A DNA stretch of 64,000 bases, taken from contig CAZFJP010000015.1 in the NCBI GenBank assembly GCA_964518965.1, forward strand, positions 13,314 to 77,313. The letters run 5' to 3'. Below are positions 38,148 to 46,819 of this stretch, in pieces (positions within the stretch are counted from its first letter, which is position 1; every line of letters begins with the position of its first letter). The notes beneath the pieces were generated by a model. It was not told where the DNA came from. It saw nothing but the letters and a program-made list of their open reading frames with translations, and did no database searches. A program made the translations under genes and the position numbers. This stretch comes from an uncultured Candidatus Saccharibacteria bacterium (GTDB lineage Bacteria; Patescibacteriota; SOKK01).

Positions 38148-41100
38148 ATGCAAGTCCCTCGCATTTTTAAACTGAAACGACTGGGGTTAATCGTTACCCT
38201 AAGTGTTTTAGTGCTCTTTGTATTGCAGGCCTCTTTGTTTCCCCAAATTTTGGCTCTTGCTACTCCCGGTGTCAATCCGGAGGTTATCACTACCGACCCC
38301 GGTAATGGTTCAACCGATGTTGAGCCCGATACTAATATCGCAGTTGTTTTCAATGAACCAATGGATCCTAATTCCTTCAATGATCGTAATGTGATCTTGA
38401 ATGGGAGTGTTAGTGGTGGACCTTTGGGTCGATCTTTGAGTATCAATGGTACTCTTCTCACAATTGATCCTGATAACAACTTTGCTCTAGGTGAAACAGT
38501 TACTGTTTTAATTGTTGGTGGCACAGGTCCCAATGCCGTTCGGGATATTGAGGGGGAACCGATGCTTAATAATTACCAGTTCTCTTTTAGGATTTTGAAT
38601 GATCAAACTCCGCCCAATCCTCCGACTAATTTACAGGCAACTGGTCATGATGGTTATGTTGACTTAACCTGGAATCTTTCTAGTTCCCCAGATGTTGTTG
38701 GTCAAACGATTTATCGCTCCCTTTCAAGCGGAGGTCCCTATACTGCTTTGGAGGGAGTAGGCCGGGATGTTACTACTTATCGTGATTCTGCGGTAACCAA
38801 TGGCACTACCTATTATTATGTGATTACTGCTCGCGATAAAGCAGGTAATGAAAGTGCTTATTCCAATGAAGCAACCGCAACTCCAAGTGTCTCTGATACT
38901 AATCCTCCTTATTGTCGTAACTTAAATCCAGTCCCGGGTGCGCAGAATGTCCCGACAGATACCAATATTTACTTGGAAATTTGGGATGATCAAAGTGGTG
39001 TTGCGCGTCGTTCGATTAATCTGACCGTTGAGGGGCAAGATATTATTGTGAATGGTGCGATTCAACCTGGCTTTAACGTTACTTTGAATTCGATTGGCCC
39101 ATTGCCGAATGGTTTTGCGATTGACTATGATCCATCGGTGAACTTTAATGAGTATCAGAACATTAATGTTGACATAACTGCCTTTGATCGCTCACCACTG
39201 CGGAACCAAATGAGTTATAGTTACGCTTTCCGCATTGCGGATTCAACTCCTCCTTATACTGACAATTACAATCCTGCTCCCGGTCAGGCCGGTGTTCCTG
39301 TCAACAGCAATGTGGTTTTTGAGATTCACGACACCGGAAGTGGTGTGAACCGCAATTCTATTCGCGTTGATGTTGAAGGTACTGTTTATCGTGCAGGGAT
39401 TCCTGGTTTTAGCACGGTAAATTTACCCGATGGCTATCGAGTCACGATTAATCCCGCTTCTAACTTCCCTTATAGTACCCAGATTGATGTTGCTATTGAT
39501 GCACGGGACGATGCTGGTAATGTGATGCCGACTTTTAATTATTTCTTTACAACTGCCTCTGCTGATGATACTGAACCACCTTATGTTACTAACTTAAATC
39601 CGGCTCCGACTCAAACTGGCGTTCCTGTTAATACTAACATTTACTTTGAAATTTTGGACAGCGGCACTGGTGTTGATTTAAACACGGTTGATTTGATTGT
39701 AGAAGGCACTACTATTATTAGTAATGGTGTTGTGCAACCTGGTTACAATGTTACCATCAATGCGATTGCGCAAGGATTTAGTTTTGACTACGATCCTTCC
39801 GCTAACTTTAACGAGTATCAGACTGTTAATGTGACGGTAAGGGCTTCTGACCTTGCTTCTACTCCAAACTTCATGCAGTATGACTACTGGTTTAGAACCG
39901 GAGATTTAACTCCTCCGTATGTGAACGGTCGCGTACCTGCCGATGGAGATATTAATGTTCCCGTTGATACCAATGTCGTGTTCCATGTTTTAGATGATGG
40001 TTCCGGAGTGAATATCTTAACGGTTGTGGCTATCGTTGATGGCACTGTTTATCGCTTTGGTATCCCCGGATTTAGCTTTGCTGGCACACCAGCTGACTAC
40101 ACGATTACTATTGATCCTGCTTCTAATTTCCCTTACAATACCGTTATTCCGGTTGCCATTGACGCGATGGATGTTGAGGGTAACGTAATGGCAACGGATA
40201 ACTATAGCTTTACCACTGAACCGACAGCGGATACTGAACCACCTTACGTTCAGAATCTTAATCCGGCTCCGGGTCAGACCAATGTTCCGGTGAATACTAA
40301 TATTTATCTGGAAGTCGTTGACGATGACAGTGGTGTTGATGTGAATACTATTGACTTCACTGTTGAAGGTAGTTTGATTGTTGACGACGGTGTGGTTCAA
40401 CCGGGCTATACAGTTGCTCTTAATCCAATCGCTAACGGCTATTCATTAGATTATGATCCATCTGTGAACTTTAATGATTACCAGCAAGTGGATGTAACTA
40501 TTAGTGCTTCTGACCTTGCTCCGGTTCCCAACAGTTTCTCTTATAATTATTTCTTCCGCACCAACGATACTAATCCTCCTTATACTAATGGCTACAATCC
40601 TACCCCGGGTGATATTAATGTTCCGGTCAATACTGATGTGGTCTTCCATGTTTTGGATGATGGTTCAGGTGTTAACTTAATGACCGTTGCGGCAAACGTC
40701 AATGGTGTTCTTTATGCCAATGGCATCCCCGGATTCAGTTTTGTGGGTACTCCCGCGGATTACACTATTATCATTAATCCTGCGACTAATTTTCCTTATA
40801 ACACTGTTATCCCGGTCACTCTTTACGCTACCGACTTAGATGGTAATGTAATGACCCCTTTCAGTTATAGCTTTACTACGGAAACCGGCGCTGATTTGCT
40901 TCCTCCTTATGTTCAAAATGAAAATCCGCAGCCGGGTGAAGTAAATGTCCCGCGCAATACGAACATTTACTTTGAAGTTGTTGATGATCAAAGCGGTGTT
41001 AATCTCGGTAGTGTTGATGTTACTGTAGAAGGAAACTTAATTGTTGATGATGGCGTTGCTCAACTTGGCTATGCAGTGACAATTACTCCGATTGCGAATG

Positions 41101-42359
41101 GTTATAGTTTTGACTATGATCCGAGTACGGACTTTGCTTATGGTCAGGTAGTAGATGTTTCCATTGATGCGGCTGACAATGCCACTCCACCGAATGTCAT
41201 GGCAACTTACAACTATAGCTTCACGATCATTAATGTTAACGACACTACTGCTCCAGTTGTTCAAAATGAGAATCCGGCTCCCGGTGCTATCAACGTTCCG
41301 GTGAACACTAATGTTTATTTGGAAATTGTTGATGCTGGCACTGGCGTTGATCTCAATACGGTTAATATTACTGTTGAGGGAGCGACTATTGTTGTAAATG
41401 GTGTTGTCCAGCCGGGCTATACTGTTGCAGTAAATCCAATTGCTAATGGTTACAACTTTGACTATGATCCGACAGTGGATTTCCCGGCCAATGCGACGAT
41501 TAACGTTTCTGTTGATGCGGCGGACCTGATGACTCCGCCTAATGTGATGCCAACCTATAATTATAGCTTTGATACTTTAGATACCATTCCTCCGCAACTT
41601 GCTTTGGTTAATCCGAGCGATCCGGATAATGGCGCCACTAATGTCCCGGTTACTTCCAATATTACTTTCCGCTTTAACGAAGCAATGAACCAAGGTACTT
41701 TAGGTGCTGACACTGTTGTTACAACCGGTAGTGTTTCTGGTACAATTGGCGGTACCTTCACCACTACTGCAACTAGTGTTACTTTCAACCCGACAAACAA
41801 TTTTGTTGCGGGTGAAGTGATTACTGCTACGGTTAACACGAATGCGCAGGATTTAGCGGGCAATGGTTTAGACGGTGATCGCGATGGTGTTGCTGAAGGT
41901 TCTCCGGTAGATGATTACACAATCAGCTTTACCGTTGCTGCGGCAGGGGATACTACTCCGCCCAATGCTCCCGTGGTAATTAGTCCCGCTGATGGTGAAG
42001 TGATTACCGATAATACCCCGATGATTTTTGGTACCGCTGAAGCTGGCAGTGATGTTTCCATCTACGTTGATGATGTAGAAGTCGTTACTACTCGTGCGGA
42101 TAGTAATGGTAACTTTATCTATACGATGACCCAAGAACTTGACCGTGGTGAGCACACTGTTTATGCTTATGCGACTGATGCTGCTGGTAATCGCAGTGCT
42201 CGTTCTAATGTAAACACCTTTATTGTTGATACTGGTTCTATTTTAGGTGCAATAACTGGTGCTACTGGTGGTAACTGGTTGTGGATTTCTTTGATTCTTG
42301 CCTTCCTTGCAGCATTGGGCTTTGTTACTATTAGAGCATTTGCCAAAGTAAGGCAGTAA
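38148..42359 (+). CDS. giant cell-surface protein with about 10 tandem bacterial Ig-like domains, FN3-like region and C-terminal TM anchor
   Basis: 1403 aa. Signal peptide, then a recurring about 105-aa unit (PPY..N.NP.PG...VP.NTNIY.E..D..SGV....I...VEG...) also repeated at the nucleotide level, SbsA/Big_5-like. The C-terminus LWISLILAFLAALGFVTIRAFAKVRQ is a membrane anchor. Confidence 0.75.
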   Translation: MQVPRIFKLKRLGLIVTLSVLVLFVLQASLFPQILALATPGVNPEVITTDPGNGSTDVEPDTNIAVVFNEPMDPNSFNDRNVILNGSVSGGPLGRSLSINGTLLTIDPDNNFALGETVTVLIVGGTGPNAVRDIEGEPMLNNYQFSFRILNDQTPPNPPTNLQATGHDGYVDLTWNLSSSPDVVGQTIYRSLSSGGPYTALEGVGRDVTTYRDSAVTNGTTYYYVITARDKAGNESAYSNEATATPSVSDTNPPYCRNLNPVPGAQNVPTDTNIYLEIWDDQSGVARRSINLTVEGQDIIVNGAIQPGFNVTLNSIGPLPNGFAIDYDPSVNFNEYQNINVDITAFDRSPLRNQMSYSYAFRIADSTPPYTDNYNPAPGQAGVPVNSNVVFEIHDTGSGVNRNSIRVDVEGTVYRAGIPGFSTVNLPDGYRVTINPASNFPYSTQIDVAIDARDDAGNVMPTFNYFFTTASADDTEPPYVTNLNPAPTQTGVPVNTNIYFEILDSGTGVDLNTVDLIVEGTTIISNGVVQPGYNVTINAIAQGFSFDYDPSANFNEYQTVNVTVRASDLASTPNFMQYDYWFRTGDLTPPYVNGRVPADGDINVPVDTNVVFHVLDDGSGVNILTVVAIVDGTVYRFGIPGFSFAGTPADYTITIDPASNFPYNTVIPVAIDAMDVEGNVMATDNYSFTTEPTADTEPPYVQNLNPAPGQTNVPVNTNIYLEVVDDDSGVDVNTIDFTVEGSLIVDDGVVQPGYTVALNPIANGYSLDYDPSVNFNDYQQVDVTISASDLAPVPNSFSYNYFFRTNDTNPPYTNGYNPTPGDINVPVNTDVVFHVLDDGSGVNLMTVAANVNGVLYANGIPGFSFVGTPADYTIIINPATNFPYNTVIPVTLYATDLDGNVMTPFSYSFTTETGADLLPPYVQNENPQPGEVNVPRNTNIYFEVVDDQSGVNLGSVDVTVEGNLIVDDGVAQLGYAVTITPIANGYSFDYDPSTDFAYGQVVDVSIDAADNATPPNVMATYNYSFTIINVNDTTAPVVQNENPAPGAINVPVNTNVYLEIVDAGTGVDLNTVNITVEGATIVVNGVVQPGYTVAVNPIANGYNFDYDPTVDFPANATINVSVDAADLMTPPNVMPTYNYSFDTLDTIPPQLALVNPSDPDNGATNVPVTSNITFRFNEAMNQGTLGADTVVTTGSVSGTIGGTFTTTATSVTFNPTNNFVAGEVITATVNTNAQDLAGNGLDGDRDGVAEGSPVDDYTISFTVAAAGDTTPPNAPVVISPADGEVITDNTPMIFGTAEAGSDVSIYVDDVEVVTTRADSNGNFIYTMTQELDRGEHTVYAYATDAAGNRSARSNVNTFIVDTGSILGAITGATGGNWLWISLILAFLAALGFVTIRAFAKVRQ

Positions 42360-42382
42360 ATCTAGCTTATCTGGATATCATA

Positions 42383-42412
42383 AAAGCAGGTCCTTCTCGG
42401 GCCTGCTTTTTG
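42383..42412. terminator. bidirectional terminator between convergent genes
   Basis: gcaggtcc ttctc gggcctgc followed by ttttt. Confidence 0.6.
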
Positions 42413-42437
42413 TTGTCTACATTTTACAAACATTATT

Positions 42438-42920
42438 TTAATCCATCTTCTCCGGACTGATCATAATTCTTCTTTCCGCACCTTCTCCGATACTTTCTGA
42501 CTTCACGCCATCCTTGCCTTTAATAAAAAGATGAACAATTCTTCGTTCGTACGGTGGCATCGGGCGAAGGATAACTGGCTTTTGGGTACGTGCAACTTGA
42601 CTTACTGCTTCTTCTACGATCTTTTTTAATGCTTCTTCTTGTTTTTCACGATAGTTGCTGACATTAACGACGATGGGAATCAATCTGGTGATTTTTTTCT
42701 TCAAAATTAGGCGGATGATATGCTGGAAAGCAAGAAGTGATTCGCCGTGCCAACCGATGATTAATCCGGAATCTTCTTCTGTTTCAGGAATAATTTTTAA
42801 AAGATAAGGAGCATCTTTTTGTGCTTGGCATTCGGTTTTTACTTTAATGCCAAGTTTATCAAATAAGCTCTCGGTTTCTTTTTTGATGATGGAAATTTCT
42901 TGCTCTTGAGTAGTAGCCAT
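42438..42920 (-). CDS. Jag/KhpB-like RNA-binding protein (KH plus R3H domains)
   Basis: 160 aa. C-terminal R3H-like region ERRIVHLFIKGKDGVKSESIGEGAERRIMI. Conserved position downstream of yidC. Confidence 0.75.
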   Translation of the reverse strand: MATTQEQEISIIKKETESLFDKLGIKVKTECQAQKDAPYLLKIIPETEEDSGLIIGWHGESLLAFQHIIRLILKKKITRLIPIVVNVSNYREKQEEALKKIVEEAVSQVARTQKPVILRPMPPYERRIVHLFIKGKDGVKSESIGEGAERRIMISPEKMD

Positions 42921-43001
42921 TAGTTATTCTCTTTAATCCACCTTCGTTCCGCTTCGCGGGACTTCGGCGGATGTCGCCTTTAGTAAATAATTTAATATAA
43001 G

Positions 43002-43748
43002 TTACTTTTGAGTTCTCGGCTCCAGTTTAGAAATATTAGTTTTTCTCATAATCAGCCACTGTTGGAGAATTGCCATTAGGGTGGTAACAATCCAGTAGAG
43101 AGGAAGACCAGCAGGCAAGGTCATCGCGAAAAACACGGTAATTAAAGGCATAAAGTAGACCATTTGTCCGCCCATAACTTTTTCCATGGGGTTTTGTTTC
43201 TGGTCTTCCGTCTTGGGTTTATTTTTCATTAACATCTTGGTCTGGATGAACTGAAAAACACCGGCGAGAATCGGTAGGACAAAACGGTCAGGTTTAGAAA
43301 GGTTTAGAATTCCTAGAAAGGAAGGGTTAATTGTGCCAGGATTATGAATGAAGGGATAAAGTGTATCCAAATGATTAGAACCCATTGCGTCACGGAGGAC
43401 TTGGTACAAGGCAATTAAAAATGGCAACTGAATTAACATCGGCAGACAACTTCCCAAAGGATTGATTTTATTTTCCTGGTAAAACTTCATTATTTCTTGA
43501 GCTTGTTTTTCTTTGTTATCTTTATGCTTGTTCTGAATTGCTTTCAATTGCGGTTGCAAGTCCTGCATTGCTTTTTGGGATTTAATTGATTTTTGGGAAA
43601 GTGGCCACATAATCATGCGCAGAACAATTGTCAAAATAATGACTGCAATTCCAATGTCATGACCAGGGATAATATTATATAAAAATACCAGAAAATTAAA
43701 AATCGGGCGGTAGAAACCTTCGTTCCAGATGATAGATAAGATTGACAT
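43002..43748 (-). CDS. yidC: membrane protein insertase YidC (short, Gram-positive/CPR type)
   Basis: 248 aa. Five-TM YidC/Oxa1 core with conserved motifs (PLYWIV, GCLPMLIQLP). Confidence 0.85.
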   Translation of the reverse strand: MSILSIIWNEGFYRPIFNFLVFLYNIIPGHDIGIAVIILTIVLRMIMWPLSQKSIKSQKAMQDLQPQLKAIQNKHKDNKEKQAQEIMKFYQENKINPLGSCLPMLIQLPFLIALYQVLRDAMGSNHLDTLYPFIHNPGTINPSFLGILNLSKPDRFVLPILAGVFQFIQTKMLMKNKPKTEDQKQNPMEKVMGGQMVYFMPLITVFFAMTLPAGLPLYWIVTTLMAILQQWLIMRKTNISKLEPRTQK

Positions 43749-43771
43749 GAGGATAGGTTAGAGTAATAAGT

Positions 43772-43922
43772 ATAAAGGCAAAAATCAAAAATCAAAATGC
43801 AAAATTAAATGTAAAATGCAAAATTAAAGCGTTATTCGGTTAAAGAAAGTAAAACCTAAGAACCTATATTTTTACATTTTACCTTTAATTTTGCTTTTTG
43901 CCTTTTGCATTTTGCTTTTATC
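43772..43922. repeat. AT-rich palindromic intergenic element, copy E3
   Basis: The arms aaaggcaaaaatcaaaaatcaaaatgcaaaattaaatgtaaaatg and acattttacctttaattttgctttttgccttttgcattttgctttt are near reverse complements. The core cggttaaagaaagtaaaacctaagaacc is shared with E1. It exactly fills the yidD-yidC gap. Confidence 0.75.
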
Positions 43923-44154
43923 GTAGAGGATCATAACCACCATTGTTAAACGGATTACACCTTAGAATTCTCCAAATGCCCTTAGCTATGCCCTTTAAGG
44001 TACCATATTTCTCAATTGCCCGATAGGTATATTCGGAGCAACTAGGATAAAATCGGCAATAGCCATATTGATGACGATGACTGAAGAAACCATGGTCGGG
44101 GGAGATGGTTTTTTGGTAGAGGCGGATGAGTTTTAGAGGAATAATTCTAAACAT
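43918..44154 (-). CDS. yidD: membrane protein insertion efficiency factor YidD
   Basis: 78 aa. [11 protein letters not shown].....G...G...[13 protein letters not shown] motif set of the YidD/haemolytic-domain family. Confidence 0.85.
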   Translation of the reverse strand: MFRIIPLKLIRLYQKTISPDHGFFSHRHQYGYCRFYPSCSEYTYRAIEKYGTLKGIAKGIWRILRCNPFNNGGYDPLR

Positions 44155-44300
44155 GGACTAAAGTTAAAGGGTAAAGGTGAAAGAGCAAAAGTGAGGGCAA
44201 AAGGAAAAAGTTTAGATTGTTTATTTCATAAACTAAATAATCCTTTATTTTTGCTTTTTACTTTACTTTTACCTTTTTTCTTTACCCTTTGTCTTTAACC
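44155..44300. repeat. AT-rich palindromic intergenic element, copy E4
   Basis: The arms agttaaagggtaaaggtgaaagagcaaaagtgagggcaaaaggaaaaag and ttttgctttttactttacttttaccttttttctttaccctttgtctttaacc are imperfect reverse complements. It exactly fills the rnpA-yidD gap. Confidence 0.7.
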
Positions 44301-44645
44301 TCACATTATTCCAGCCCTCCCTGCTACATCTAAAAGATTCTGTTTGATACTGAAGTAGTTTTCATTCACAATTGATGGTTTGGTCATCACAACGACATCG
44401 AAACCGGGTTTAATATGATCTGCTTTTAATTCCAAGCGGATAATTTCTCTTAAACGACGTTTGATTAAATTACGAATGGTTGGTTTAGGAGAAGTTTTAT
44501 TGCTGACGATTATCCCAAAGCGGGAAACTTTGAGATTATTGGGCATTACTTTGAGAACAAGATGTTTACCGCGGGTAAAGTTTCCTTTTTGGTGAACTTT
44601 CTTGAAATCAGTTTCTTTGTGGAGGCGATTTGCTTTGGGAAGCAT
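44301..44645 (-). CDS. rnpA: ribonuclease P protein component
   Basis: 114 aa. Basic protein with the RnpA RNR-like motif region (KANRLHK..DF..V...G......L.....). Located downstream of rpmH as in most bacteria. Confidence 0.85.
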   Translation of the reverse strand: MLPKANRLHKETDFKKVHQKGNFTRGKHLVLKVMPNNLKVSRFGIIVSNKTSPKPTIRNLIKRRLREIIRLELKADHIKPGFDVVVMTKPSIVNENYFSIKQNLLDVAGRAGIM

Positions 44646-44653
44646 GGAAATGT

Positions 44654-44788
44654 TTAAACAACCAGTCGCTTGCGTCCTTTTTGGCGACGCCTTTTTAAAA
44701 CCCGGCGGCCATCTTTGGTACGGTTGCGCTTGCGGAAACCATGAATTTTCTTTCTTCGTCTCTTCTTGGGTTGATATGTACGTTTCAT
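44654..44788 (-). CDS. rpmH: 50S ribosomal protein L34 (not in ORF track, 44 aa)
   Basis: Hand translation of the minus strand gives [44 protein letters not shown], a near-consensus L34. Its stop lies 8 nt before the rnpA start. Confidence 0.85.
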   Translation of the reverse strand: MKRTYQPKKRRRKKIHGFRKRNRTKDGRRVLKRRRQKGRKRLVV

Positions 44789-44818
44789 AGGGATTTAGCT
44801 AGTTAAAAAGGTAAATAG

Positions 44819-45316
44819 TTATTTAACACTACCGCGAATAGCGTCCCGAAGATTATAATTTCCAGTGGTAAAAGAAAAAGAATATGTTTTTGCTTGGGAA
44901 TTAAAGATTAGATTTTCATTTTTGAGAGTTACCTTGAAATCATACTTTTGGTTGGATTTAAATCCATTAGAATTTTGTAACTCTAAAGTATTATTTGTCG
45001 GTTGGGTTGCTTTCAGGTCCAAAGCAGGATTAATACTAAAAGAAAAATCAGCTAGTTGCACTGTTTCGTTAAAGGTAATAACAATATTGGTATTAATCGG
45101 GACTCCTTTCTCATTATTTGCGGGAGTGGTGGAATAGATACTTAAAGTTGTCGCAGTAGGAGCAGTTGTTTGATTTGCTTGATTGGTTATTTGCTGATTA
45201 CGAAGACGGGAAAAAAGGGAAACGAGAAAAAGTAATCCCAAAAGTACAACCAAAATCAAAACACCAATGATAACTTTGCGATTTTTGGAAAACAGTAAAC
45301 TTATTAGATTAACCAT
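44819..45316 (-). CDS. membrane-anchored protein with one Ig-like (Big_5-like) domain
   Basis: 165 aa. N-terminal TM, then PANNEKGVPINTNIVITFNE, similar to the repeat unit of the 38148 giant protein. Confidence 0.4.
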   Translation of the reverse strand: MVNLISLLFSKNRKVIIGVLILVVLLGLLFLVSLFSRLRNQQITNQANQTTAPTATTLSIYSTTPANNEKGVPINTNIVITFNETVQLADFSFSINPALDLKATQPTNNTLELQNSNGFKSNQKYDFKVTLKNENLIFNSQAKTYSFSFTTGNYNLRDAIRGSVK

Positions 45317-45321
45317 TCTTG

Positions 45322-46731
45322 CTATTTAGTATAATAATATCCCCATTTTTCACCTGCCCCTGTCCAACTTGAAAGGGAACAGGTACGGGTAACATTTTCT
45401 TGTTTACTTTTCCCACGGCCATTCGGATCGGAAGGATCCATTACGGTCATTTGATTACCGCTAACTCCGATGACAAGGACTGAGTGAGGTTGCCCCTGAA
45501 GATTACTGTGGGCGCTAATATCTCCAGCGGGATTAGCATAAATCCCGACCGCATGTCCGGCAGACACTGCTTGGATTAATTCTGATTCCGAATTAACAGA
45601 TACTAATTTAACTCCATAAAAACTCGCAGCAGCCTGTTGTCCTCCCATTCCAAAACCCCAACTTCCTTTGGCGTTACAAAGTTTTTGGGCTAGTTGCTCT
45701 GGGTCAGTATCAATACCAATTGATCTTAAAGCCATTGCGCCAGTTGTCACGGTACAACCAGTTTGACCAATTGTTCCATAGCTTCCACAATAAACCTGGG
45801 AACCCCACGGAGGATCTGTTTGATTAAGATAAGTATTTCCAGCGACACCTCTGCCAATTCCACCCCCTCCACCACCCGTAATCAATAAAACTGGAACAAT
45901 AATCACTAACAAAAATAAAATAATTCCTCCGCAGCCAGTTGTTCCCAATGCACCAGTAATAAGGCAACCTAGACATCCCCATTTTAACCGTTTCTTTCCT
46001 TTTTTTGCCGCTTCTCTAGCTTCAATCTCTTCTTCAGAAAGTCCTTCTTCGCGAGCTCTTTCTACTTTTTCTTCAATTTTTTTCTTTTTCTCTTCTATTT
46101 TTTGCGCTTCTTTTAATCCAGGGATCTGTCCCTTGACTTTTTTACCAACTTCTTCTACTTTCTTACCTACTTCTTCGGCTTTCTTTGCGGCTTCCTTTGC
46201 TGTTTGGGCAGCTTCTTTCCCTGCTTTCCCTGCCGCTTCTGCAGCTGCGCCAACTTTCTCTTGTACTTCGCCAGGAATTTGCCCTACTGCTCCACCAACT
46301 TTCTCACCAATTTCCGCTCCTTTTTCAGCGCCGGTAGCTGCGCCTTCGGCAGCGCCAGCAACCGCGCCAGGAATTGCACCAACGCCTCCAGCGGCCGCTC
46401 CCTTAATTGCGCCTGTTACTGCTCCTCCTACAGCGCCAGCAGCTCCGCCAACTGCTGCTCCTGCTGCGGCTCCTCCCGCTTTGCCAACAGCTTCTCCTGT
46501 TTCCTTAGTAACAGGAGCAGTTTCCTTGAGTGCTTTTCCACCTGCTTCTACTCCTTTGGCACCTAGTTCAGCACCTTTTGCTCCTACTTCAGCTGCTTTG
46601 GCAGCACCTTGTCCTACTCGCCCGGCAGTTTGAGCAGCTTGACCCGTTCCCTTTACTTTTTCACCAATATCCTCCCTTTCAGTAGCAGGTTGTGATTCTC
46701 CTTCAGGTTTTCTCTCGTCTTCCCCCGCCAT
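45322..46731 (-). CDS. membrane protein: Ala/Gly/Lys/Glu-rich cytoplasmic region, TM helix, extracellular papain-like (C39_2-like) peptidase domain
   Basis: 469 aa. The low-complexity N-terminus (about 260 aa) gives a local GC rise. The TM helix is GGIILFLLVIIVPVLLITGG. The C-terminal domain is YLNQTDPPWGSQVYCG...QTGCTVTTGAMAL...QPHSVLVIG...MDPSDP, a Q..C..H..D/N arrangement as in Peptidase_C39-like domains. Confidence 0.5.
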   Translation of the reverse strand: MAGEDERKPEGESQPATEREDIGEKVKGTGQAAQTAGRVGQGAAKAAEVGAKGAELGAKGVEAGGKALKETAPVTKETGEAVGKAGGAAAGAAVGGAAGAVGGAVTGAIKGAAAGGVGAIPGAVAGAAEGAATGAEKGAEIGEKVGGAVGQIPGEVQEKVGAAAEAAGKAGKEAAQTAKEAAKKAEEVGKKVEEVGKKVKGQIPGLKEAQKIEEKKKKIEEKVERAREEGLSEEEIEAREAAKKGKKRLKWGCLGCLITGALGTTGCGGIILFLLVIIVPVLLITGGGGGGIGRGVAGNTYLNQTDPPWGSQVYCGSYGTIGQTGCTVTTGAMALRSIGIDTDPEQLAQKLCNAKGSWGFGMGGQQAAASFYGVKLVSVNSESELIQAVSAGHAVGIYANPAGDISAHSNLQGQPHSVLVIGVSGNQMTVMDPSDPNGRGKSKQENVTRTCSLSSWTGAGEKWGYYYTK

Positions 46732-46819
46732 TTTATTATAGTAAATAATACCAAACTATTCCCATGTAGTGGGACCCCCCGCAAGTGATCACGCAAAGCG
46801 GACCTGCCTTCGGTGGGAT

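Noticed and set aside
40017-42155. Several 60-130 aa minus-strand ORFs (40017-40400, 40446-40649, 41037-41264, 41561-41863, 41868-42155)
   Set aside because: All are antisense to the giant Ig-repeat gene. Repetitive Asn/Ile/Arg-rich translations arise from the repeat structure.
46133-46633. Plus-strand ORFs of 166 and 120 aa, Ala/Pro/Ser-rich
   Set aside because: Antisense to the Ala/Gly-rich region of the 45322-46731 gene. Open frames are a by-product of GC-rich low-complexity coding sequence.
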